Shown here: piece after piece, positions 38,580-48,375 of the stretch
Layout: the number at the start of each line of letters is the position of its first letter
How positions within the stretch are numbered: the stretch's first letter is position 1
DNA from: Yuukianura sp. NJ FZ-2021
Lineage: Eukaryota
Length of the DNA: 64,000 nucleotides
Direction: 5' to 3'
Assembly: GCA_046563655.1 (NCBI GenBank)
Contig: CM102286.1
Location: forward strand, 11,408,001-11,472,000
Program-made: the position numbers and the translations under genes
Notes under the pieces: generated by a model
Database searches by the model: none
Told to the model about the DNA's origin: nothing
Seen by the model: only the letters and a program-made list of their open reading frames with translations

Positions 38580-39121
38580 ATGGTACCATTTCAAGTGTTA
38601 CTGTTAGCATTTTTTCTTGTTTGCGTTTTGATTTATCCAGTTAAAGCCATTGTAAGTTTTAAATTCCAAAACCTTTTCTTTTTTACATAAACGAATTATT
38701 TTTGGTAAACGAATTTTTTATTTTAAATTTCTGCTTAAAGCAATGCAGCCTTCCGTCGCCGAAAGGAAGTATGTATCTCAGCGATCCAGACGATACGGCT
38801 GAAGTGATTCGTGAAAATTGTCCAGAACTTAGAGATCGCCCCCCTTCGTCATGGATCAAAGGAATTCAAATAAAGGGGAATTGCTTGGATGTTCCTCCGC
38901 TGACGGCTATTGCCACTTTCGAAGGTTCTGATGGAACGACGTTTGGTGGCGGAGAGTTCCAAAATGCCGCTATTTTTCTTGGTAGATGCAACTCTCATGG
39001 ATTCCACATCGTCGATCTACGGTTCGGATCTAACGGAAAACCTGTACGAGTGGAGAATCGCTTCTTGCGATATTCGGGAAAAAATGGGGATGGCGGTAGG
39101 CACTACTACGTCATCCAGTAA
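38580..39121 (+). CDS. Secreted Tae2/Dae2 (BPSL0067-like) peptidoglycan amidase homologue with apparent catalytic substitutions. Exons 38580-38651, 38741-39121
   Basis: Signal peptide MVPFQVLLLAFFLVCVLIYPVKA, then SWIKG..IKGNC..VPPLTAIATF, NAAIFL..C...GFHIVD, R.LRY, YYVIQ, following the Tae2/Dae2 motif order. Confidence 0.8.
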
Positions 39122-39271
39122 AACTAACTTTTCATGCGGTTTTTTATTTGGTTTTTCTCGTTTTTCCGGGTTTTGTGCAAGGTTTATTGTTTTGTTACCA
39201 AAATTAAACAGTGAAGTAAATTTTATTTATTTTTGTTGCACCTATTTCCACTTTATTGGACATTATTAAGT

Positions 39272-39540
39272 GGTAGCACGCCATTGTATCAATTGAATTG
39301 TATCAACTGCCATTGCATCAACTGAATTGTGTCAATTTGAATTGTATCAACTGGTCAATTGTATCAACGACTAATTGTATCAACGAGTGTAATGCTTAGT
39401 TCAGCTTAGGTTAGGTTAGGTTACGTTGGTTGATACAAGTAGCCGTTGACACAATTGAGCGTTGATACAATTCAAATTGACACAATTCAGTTGATGCAAT
39501 GGCAGTTGATACAATTCAATTGACACAATGGCATGGAACC
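39272..39540 (-). mobile_element. 269-bp foldback MITE with TTGTATCAA sub-repeats and central (TTAGG)n
   Basis: 8-bp TSD TATTAAGT. Near-identical reverse complement of 60111-60379. Confidence 0.92.
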
Positions 39541-39763
39541 TATTAAGTAAACCCCACTTTTTTTCTAGAATTGTGAGGAAATTCGATTACAGGAAAATCC
39601 AGTTTCTTAATGGTTTCTTGGAATAGTAAAAATCAGTCAAATTTTTTTTTGGTGCAAGTACTTAAAGCTTTTCCTCCAAACGAACTATTACAATTAACTT
39701 TTCAGCCGTTTGCCAAAAGGTCGTAGAATCCAGAAGCAAGAACTTTTCTTTAAAGTAACCAGC

Positions 39764-40072
39764 ATGAATTCGTCAATTGTTCGGTTTGCAGTATTGACTG
39801 TCGTACTAGTCATTTCATTTTCAGGAAACAATGGTAAGGCTATACTAAAAATAGATATTCTGAACAGTGTGTTAGACTATTTTGATCTTTTGTTTTATGC
39901 AGAAGTGAATGGGGATATGTCGACGTGTACGCAGAACTACGTGGAAGCGTGTTCCAGGTATTGCGGCAGTGGACTGGATACAGTGAGGCGCTGTTGTAGA
40001 AGATATGGCCATGGAGGAGGCCAATGCAGTGGAACCGACGACAGTGGGATTGGAGATGTTTACTGCTGTTAA
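39764..40072 (+). CDS. Diapausin-like secreted cysteine-rich peptide. Exons 39764-39833, 39903-40072
   Basis: Signal peptide, then VEACSRYC...RRCCRRYGHGGGQC...VYCC, which follows the diapausin C-x3-C-x9-CC-R-x-x-G...C...YC pattern. Confidence 0.75.
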   Translation: MNSSIVRFAVLTVVLVISFSGNNGKAILKIDILNSVLDYFDLLFYAEVNGDMSTCTQNYVEACSRYCGSGLDTVRRCCRRYGHGGGQCSGTDDSGIGDVYCC

Positions 40073-40090
40073 TTAACATTTCATTCAAAA

Positions 40091-40684
40091 TAAACTTCTT
40101 GCAAAGACGATGTAAATAAGTATCGTCAGATCAATTATATAGAATTCCCGCGCCGGATATTGTTGACCTAGGCCTCTGATATTGTTAGAGGTTATTTGAG
40201 GTCAAACAGCATTCGGCATTATATTAATATTAATGTTAATATTATATTAATTAATATTAATATTATTTATATATTAATATGTACATTAATATTAATTAAT
40301 ATAATTAATATTAATCCTCGCATCGTCAAACATCCATCCCCGAATTTCTGAATTGCGGGGAAAAAAAAGATGACCTTGACCTTTGACCCTGTTAGAGGTC
40401 ACTCAAGCTCATCAAAATCCGATCCCCGCATATCCCTTCCGAGTCTGCCCATCCGTTTCCGTAATGTAAATGGAGCATAACCTTGACATATGGCACCAAT
40501 AGAGGTCACTTAAGGTGAATCCAAAAACTGATTTTTAGTCATCTGGTTTGTATTTAGTACTCATTAAAAAAGCTGCTTAGAAATCAGTGCAGTGGTTGTC
40601 GAGTTATAAACATTACAGACAGACGGAAAGACGGACGGAGGAACGGACGGACAAGACGATCCCTATAAGTATCTGACGATACTT
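40091..40684 (-). mobile_element. HINE/DINE-1-like family A copy with an internal AT-rich expansion (~40220-40315)
   Basis: Same sub-TIR, 3' end and GACG microsatellite as 32313-33024, in reverse orientation. Confidence 0.8.
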
Positions 40685-41216
40685 AAAAATGTACTTGACC
40701 TTGACCTTTGTCCCGGAATTTGGCCACTTCCGATCAAACCAGAAACCGATTAGTCACCCCTGTACCATGTGAAGGTCATCTGCGAAGACAGGTTGAAAAT
40801 CGGTTCAGGGGTTCCTGAGTTATAGACGCTCGTAGAATGAGCGACGCCATTTTGCAACTTGCAGCGTCTATATCTCCAGAACCGTATGTCAAAGGTCAAG
40901 GTCACCTGCAGCAAAGTTGTTCCTCTCATTGAAATGAACAACTTTTGTGGAGGCCATTTTTCCAAATTCCGTCGAAAATGTACTTGACCTTGACCTTTGA
41001 CCCGGAAGTTGGCCACTTCCGGTCAAACCGGAAACAACTTGTTCACCCCTGGACCATGTGTAGTTCATCTGTGAAGACAGATTGAAAATCGGTCCAGCGG
41101 TTCCAGAGATATTGTGGCTAGTATAGTCGGACGGACAGACGGACGGACAGACGGACGGACAGACGGACGGACAGACGGACGGCCATTACGATCCCTATAA
41201 GTATCTGACGATACTT
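40685..41216 (-). mobile_element. HINE-like element with a family A 5' end and a family B-like body; truncated at the adjacent copy
   Basis: Ends in acgatccctataagtatctgacgatactt. Internal units resemble the reverse complement of 61490-61920. Confidence 0.7.
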
Positions 41217-41292
41217 AATAATTGCAATAAAAAATGTTGTTGTTTTTTGAGAACATCTTAAATTTGGCTTGAAGTACCTGCCTGAAGTTATT

Positions 41293-41745
41293 AAGTATCG
41301 TCAGATACTTATAGAGATCGTCTTGTCCGTCCGTCCGTCTATCCGTCCGTCCGTTTCTCCGTCCGTCTGTAACGCTTATAACTTGAGAACCGCTACACTG
41401 ATCAATATTTGAATTCACCAAAGGTTTTGCTCCATTTATAATACGGAGACGAATATGGACAGCCTTGGAAGAGGTTTGCATTGATGGACTTTTGGTTACC
41501 TCGAGTGACCTCTAACAGGGCCAAGGCTCAAGGTCATCGTTTTTTCTACAATTCGGAAACGGATGGACCGATTCGGAAGGTGTTTCCGGGGATGGATGTT
41601 TGACGATATGAGGACTAAAATTACAAATGTTGCTTGACCTCGAGTGACCTCTAATAATATCAGAAGTCAAGGTCAACAATATCCTGTGCGGGAACTTTCT
41701 ATAATTGATCTGACGATACTTATTTATACCGTCTTTGCAAGTTTA
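41293..41745 (+). mobile_element. HINE/DINE-1-like family A copy, shorter
   Basis: aagtatcgtcagatactt, GTCC repeats, then atctgacgatactt and gtctttgcaag. Confidence 0.8.
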
Positions 41746-42397
41746 TTTCTTCTAACAAACATGTAGTATCAAGCATGTGGTTAGTTTTACAATAACCATG
41801 CTCTATGACGTCGATGTTAAGCTTGATTACTAGTTTTGCTTCAATTTTTTTAAAAACCAGAATATATTTGCGTTTCAATATATAACAAGTTTTGACTCTG
41901 ATTTTTTCCCTCGATTACTAGTTTGGAAGTGTTACACGTGTCTGTAATTGCATACATGCAATTACATAAAAACAACTGCATAAAACTGAACAATTACAGA
42001 TTGAGAAGACTGAACTATCGCTAATAAAAAATTGACTAATAATAATAAAATTGCAAATTCCATCTTGTCCACTGCTTTAATTGTTTTTTAATGTATTTTC
42101 TTCAGTTAGGAGATTATGCATGGGAATTTGGAAAATGACGAGAGAAGTGGAAGTGCAAGCTACACTAACTCATTAATTTTCAAATTTATTTTTGTGTTGA
42201 TTTTCCTCAAAGAATTTTGTTTTGTTGTGTCAGTCCAAGGTTATTTGGTCTAAAGGATTCTAGAGATTAGATTCCATTTTTATATTCCAATTTAATTACA
42301 GGTAATCAATTATACTTAAATTGAGGAAAATTGAACAAAGCGTTCAGTATATTTTCAAATTGTTCCGGTTTAGGTTGTCAGCAGAACGTTCACGAAA

Positions 42398-43773
42398 ATG
42401 CATTTTACAAATTTTAGCAGTGCCCTTGCAGCGTTTCTCATCCACTTGCTTTTAATTCCTGTTTCAACAAATTCTCAGCAACGGGAAAAGTATTCAGAAA
42501 AAGAACTAGCCGCGTTGCAATCGGTACTTAACGAACAACATTGAAACATTTTTATACATTTATAAATGTAAAAATACATTTTATATAAATAGTTCCGTTC
42601 CGCAGTCAATAGCTTCTTGTATTTGGAATACCAGCACGAGGATGCCTATCTCATCAATTGGCTTCGAAGTGAGAACATAATAAACCGTATTATAATAGTA
42701 GAATTGTATTATTTCGTTTTAACAAATTTTTGAAAACAAATACATATATTTTATTTTCAGCGAAGAACTTGGATGTAGAAAAGGCCAAAGCTCTATTGGA
42801 AAGAGTAAAAACTTTTTTTTATGCAATTTTGTTATAAAGTTTTGTAAATTGTTTTTTCAAATTTGCTTTTTTGTTTCCCCCCAGAGTTTGAAATTTCGAA
42901 AGGAAAATGGGATTGACAAAATTACAAGTTCAAATGAAATGAGGGAATTAGAGAAGTCGCTGCCTTCCGCTCTAGGGTCTGCCGTTGACAAGGAAGGAAG
43001 TCCCGCGTGTATTCAAATTTTTTCCAAGTGGGACATTCGGAAGCAAATGCTTTCTGGCAAGGGCGAGGCTATGCGTCGCTTTCCGTTTTACGTATTCGAA
43101 TCAATGACGACGCTCATGCGCAACAGTAATTCTACCCAATGGGTTTTGTTGGTAGACCTCAGCAACTTCAATCTAAGGACACACGCATGCATTGCGTGTA
43201 ATTTATTAAAAATATGCGTTATATAATAATAGCTTAAGTAAAAGATGACATCCAAAGGCAATTGATTCTGTTAATTTTCATAGGTCTTCCTTTTTACGTG
43301 GACATTGTCACAACCTATGAAACACATTACCCCAGCACTGCAAAATTATTATTGGCCATCAACGGTTCGTTTATTTCTTCATAGAAAATATTTTGCTTGA
43401 GAAAATTTGTTTTAATTTAATTTTGGTTTCTTTTCAGCACCAAGCGTTTTTGAAAGTGAGTCAACAAATTCTAAAAGCCAAAGTTATACAATCTAATGTA
43501 TCCGTACAAATGTATATTAATCGAAATCGTTTCAATAGCACCACTAAGATTGATGACTCCACTCATGACTCCACCCACAAAGAAAGCGTTTAAGGTCAGG
43601 ATTAATTTATTTCATTCGTTATTTGGAGAGATTGATGAATCTTCTGTTGGTAGGTTTTTGGCCTGGATAGAGCAGAATGGCAAAGTTTCCTTTTGCAGCA
43701 TTTCAACCCAGATCAACTCACAAAGAAACATGGTGGAACAGCACTGAATTACCCGCCTTCACGACGGGTTTGA
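42398..43773 (+). CDS. SEC14/CRAL-TRIO lipid-binding protein with a signal-peptide-like N-terminus; multi-exon, including an 18-nt exon (43438-43455)
   Basis: DAYLINWLRAKNLDVEKA, SLKFRKENGID, DKEGSP, YETHYP...INAPSVF, DQLTKKHGG. Confidence 0.85.
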
Positions 43774-44172
43774 ATTTGACCATATTAATGAAGAGGAAGT
43801 AAGCCGACAGACAACATGAAAATTAAAGAGGAAAACATGATTGTCTTAATTGACCATTAATTTTTAGGAGACTACGCGTTAGGATTCTTGCTTGCTAACA
43901 GCTTGGTTATGTTTAACATTTTTAGTTTAGTTTAGTGTAGTTATTTTTATAATTTTTAGTGAAAAAGAAATTAATCAACGAACATTGAACTTGAGTGTTT
44001 GACACTTATGAAAATAAGTATGAAGGTAATACTATTTCAAGCGACTCATCTTTGATTGTAAGAGCAGGAAAGAGAAGTTTTCTTTTATTTGGAAATCCAG
44101 AATTCTAAATGTGTCACAATAAAATTGTAGTTTCCAATTTTCAAAATTATTTTTGAAATTCTGAAATAGGAA

Positions 44173-44487
44173 TTAGTCGCAGCAGCATCGTTGCTGGATA
44201 AGATCTCCTCTGCATCCGAAAGCAGAAAAGGCACAACTCTCGGGACATATAATGTCGTGTCCACAAGCTGAGAGACGACAACCATGATGGCGGGATGGTT
44301 GCTTCGCGTGTCCTACCGCAGCGACCACATCAGAACCTATATGTCCAGAACATTTATTGTAGTTTTCAATTTACGACAGAACAGCAGCTTTAGTTACTAA
44401 TCACTTACCGTCACAAACGGTGATTCCCAACAAAAATACAACGAGGAAGCCCAAAACGAAAAACGACTGTCGAGTACATCGTTCCAT
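44173..44487 (-). CDS. Secreted 8-Cys defensin-like peptide, absent from the ORF track. Exons 44487-44409 and 44336-44173
   Basis: MERCTRQSFFVLGFLVVFLLGITVCD, a gtaagt donor, then GSDVVAAVGHAKQPSRHHGCRLSACGHDIICPESCAFSAFGCRGDLIQQRCCCD*. Confidence 0.72.
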
Positions 44488-44679
44488 TTCAAAATCAGGG
44501 TTCCGACCAAAATTTCCAGAGTTTGTTTTCAGAATTTGTTTCTGGAATGATGGTTTTAGCGAAACAACTCAGTCCTTTTAATAGGATTTGGTCCCGGGCA
44601 AACACACAAGTGTCGAAATCCGCCATTTTTAGAATTTCAATTCAAAGAAGTCTTTGTTTTGCCGCTTGGGATTTACGTA

Positions 44680-46338
44680 CAGTGGCGGCCAAAATTATTG
44701 GGACACCCAGTGTAAAAATTTTTAAACAACGATAACTTTTTAACGAAGTGTCATAATTAATAACTCGATACGTCATTTTATTCAGAAAATAGTTCTTTCC
44801 AATCTCCCAAGTTTTTAGAACTTGAAGTCAAGCGGTTTATTTTATGGAATTTTTTAAACTCAAAACGTCAAAATTCTCGCGGACAAAATTATTGGGACAG
44901 CTGGGGTTTTGGAGCGAAATCAACAGTTATTGGCATTAGTTTTCCATCGGTAAGTCACCTAACTTAATTTTTAGTACTTACTAACACTTGTAGTTAATTG
45001 TTGATTAGTTTTTCAGAGATGGTTGGCAATATCAAGGAAGTTCCAGGACCGATACGCGACCTAATCATTCAAGGTTGGGTTGGTGACGAAAATGGTACAA
45101 GATCAGTTCGTCAGCTGTCCGAATTGTACCACGTACCCAAGTCAACAGTACATAACATCATACAAAGGTACCTCAAGACCGGCCATGTCGAAAACAAAGT
45201 CGGAAGGGGCCGTAAACCAATTCTTACTGAGAGGGAAGTTCGCCTGATCACCAAGAAAGTGAAGCTGGACAATCGAGTAAGCGCCGTAGAACTGTCCAAA
45301 ACACTCAAAAGTGACCTTGACACCGAAGTCAGCCCCCGTACTGTTCAAAGAGTACTTTGCAATTAGAATTTGAGAGCTTTCAAGCCGTTGCGAAAACCGT
45401 TTGTGTCAAAGAAGAATGCAGCCAAGAGATTGAAGTTTGCAAAAGAACACGTTATGAAGCCGGTATCGTTTTGGGAAAAAATTTTATGGTCGGACGAGTC
45501 AAAGTTCAACGTTTTGGGGTCAGATGGACGAAAATATGTGCGAAGAGGTACTGGTGAAGCCTTAAAACCAAAGAACCTCAATGTGACTGTGAAACACGGA
45601 GGAGGCAGTGTCATGGTTTGGGGCTGCATGGCTTCAAACAGGGCTGAAACCTTGGAATTTATTAACGGAATTATGGATAAATTCGGCTCACTTCGTGTCA
45701 AGGTCACTTTTGAGTGTTTTGGACAGTTCTACGGCGCTTACTCGATTGTCCAGCTTCACTTTCTTGGTGATCAGGCGAACTTCCTACTCAGTAAGAATTG
45801 GTTTACGGCCCCTTCCGACTTTGTTTTCGACATGGCCGGTCTTGAGGTACCTTTGTATGATGTTATGTACTGTTGACTTGGGTACGTGGTACAATTCGGA
45901 CAGCTGACGAACTGATTTTGTACCATTTTCGTCACCAACCCAACCTTGAATGATTAGGTCGCGTATCGGTCCTGGAACTTCCTTGATATTGCCAACCATC
46001 TCTGAAAAACTAATCAACAATTAACTACAAGTGTTAGTAAGTACTAAAAATTAAGTTAGGTGACTTACCGATGGAAAACTAATGCCAATAACTGTTGATT
46101 TCGCTCCAAAACCCCAGCTGTCCCAATAATTTTGTCCGCGAGAATTTTGACGTTTTGAGTTTAAAAAATTCCATAAAATAAACCGCTTGACTTCAAGTTC
46201 TAAAAACTTGGGAGATTGGAAAGAACTATTTTCTGAATAAAATGACGTATCGAGTTATTAATTATGACACTTCGTTAAAAAGTTATCGTTGTTTAAAAAT
46301 TTTTACACTGGGTGTCCCAATAATTTTGGCCGCCACTG
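44680..46338. mobile_element. Palindromic Tc1-family element with two left arms (~655 bp each) and a defective transposase
   Basis: TA|CAGTGGCGGCC...GGCCGCCACTG|TA. Tc1 motifs GRGRKP, WSDESKF and KHGGGSVMVWG are present. Confidence 0.95.
45019..45684 (+). pseudogene. Truncated Tc1 transposase
   Basis: HTH region and first catalytic Asp are present. There is an in-frame TAG at 45364-45366, and the frame is cut before the D34E portion. Confidence 0.9.
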
Positions 46339-47093
46339 TACCCTTATTTCTTGAAAATCCTATATATTTTTACTCTTTTATAACTTTTACTTCGCAGTTG
46401 GAAACCGAAATGGTTTTTCCAACTAGTCACATGCCACAGCACTGTAAATTGACCCCAGGACACTGACTTATGAGTACTTGAAGGAAAAGGAAGTACAGGA
46501 ACCCTCTCTCGGCTAATGCAAGGAGAAGACGCTGCATCTACATTTCTGGTGGCAATGCCCTTATCACTGACACGATCTTAGATTTATGATAGTTTCGTCC
46601 AACGCTTTTACTTAATCAAAAGATCTTCACGCTACAAACTGAATGAGTAGAAAAAAAGACATTTCGTTTGGTTCCTGTGTAACTATAAGTAGAAACCTCC
46701 AAAATTTAAATTGGGTCTCTTCTAACTACAGGTTTTCAATCTGACACCACAGTTAGACGGTGTATCAAATTTGTTAGACGAAGAAGATTTCAATGATTCT
46801 AGATCGTAACGTTAGGTCAACGCCCAACTTCAAAACCCATTTCGGATTTCTCTCTGTCAAACGATGCCTTCATCTACAATCTATTCGTAACTTAACCAAG
46901 GCTCAACTAAAAACCAAAGATAATATTCCTTGTGGATCAACAACGCAGTAGCCGAAGCGCAGGCGCAAACATTTAAATGACATATATGTTTTATTTCATT
47001 TTTTTCCGGAATTTTTTTGTAAATCAATCGTCAGGGAAGTGTAAAAATCTGCTGGAGATAAGCACCAATGTATCCGATTTCCTTCTTAAATGT

Positions 47094-47466
47094 TTAGACA
47101 GTTTCGGTATTCTGCTGAGTTGTCCGTGGTGAAACAACTTTGACTTGGTTGAGGTCGGTGGGGTAGTCTTCTATCGGCTGCTTCCGATGAACGCGATGAC
47201 CAATAGCCACCACAGCACCAATTCCGGCTACCAGAACTCCACAAGCAAGCATTACTGGAAGCATCGGAGTTTGTCCAAAAATCATTTGCTGGAAATAACG
47301 AAAAAGAACAACTTAGAAGGTGTTGTACCCATCTAATATTGTTAGCAGTGGATTTAATTCATATTAAATCAGAATTTAAATTTTGAGAGACTAAACTTAC
47401 ACAGAAACCAGCAGTTGCTGGATTCATAAGAGCTTCTGGGGGACAGCTTGTCATTGATGCGCCCAT
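47094..47466 (-). CDS. 86-aa single-pass membrane microprotein. Exons 47466-47401, 47288-47094
   Basis: ATG, gtaagt donor and ccag acceptor are in frame. TM segment PMLPVMLACGVLVAGIGAVVAIG is followed by basic HRVHRK. Confidence 0.6.
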
Positions 47467-48375
47467 GATTCGGTTTTAGTTTTTAGAGAATCGTCTCAAC
47501 GCAATCCGAATTGAAAGTAGTGCGAGTTTCGGTGTTCTTTCTTCCTTCAAACTGTGAGTTCTAATAAACTTTTTTTTTTAAAATTCTTCGTTTTTAAAGC
47601 AAAATCAAACAAAGGAGTATAGGAGGTTGGAAATTTTGGACTTATTTTTAAAGGACCCGTCGCCGAGAACTCGGAGCTTTTTGAGAGTTAAAAAAACCCT
47701 GTGGACGATATTTTCTAAAACGTCCATTCAATTATAGTCGCAAAGGACTTCCCATCCTTAGTTTATATTTGGCTTATGAACAAAAGATATATTAAAATGA
47801 TTTTCCATTTCCAACGAAGGTTTCAGATATATGAAAAACCAGCCTTACGACTTTTCTTTGAAATTCTTTACTCAGAAAATTACACATAATTTCGTCAAAT
47901 AAAGTTTAACCTTTACCAGTATGCAATTGCAGTCACATTTTTTTTTAATTAAAAACATGAATTGACTTAATTAATATACGAATTGGTGGGTTAACCTAAG
48001 CATGTCCTTGACCATTCCAACTTTAACCTCCACAAAATTTCGTTGTTCAAGGTCCATACAAAGGCGTAAAGCGCATAACGTGTGAAGCTACACAGACCAA
48101 GAAATTGTGATGAATTAATTTTTAGTTTAAAAAAATCTCATATTAAATTTAACTGGTTTTGACATTGGGTAGGATTTTGCAAAAATTATTCCCAAAAACT
48201 TTCCGAATCCTAAGTAGAATTGTGCCAAGGAATTCATCACTTTGTATTAGGATTTCCCTGTTTAATCATGAGGATCATGTCATAAATGGGACTCGCTTCT
48301 AATTTTCGTGAAAATCTTTGAGCTTAGCGTAACGCGCGTGCAGTTATTCAAGGTCCAAAAACCACAACTTCAACA

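Noticed and set aside
39406..39423. Telomere or telomerase-template signal from (TTAGG)n
   Set aside because: Only about three units, inside a MITE with TSDs.
44085..44285. 66-aa ORF from the track
   Set aside because: It overlaps the Cys-rich exon in another frame. The spliced peptide is better supported.
45685..45876. Novel C-terminal extension of the transposase ORF 45370-45876
   Set aside because: It is antisense read-through into the inverted left arm.
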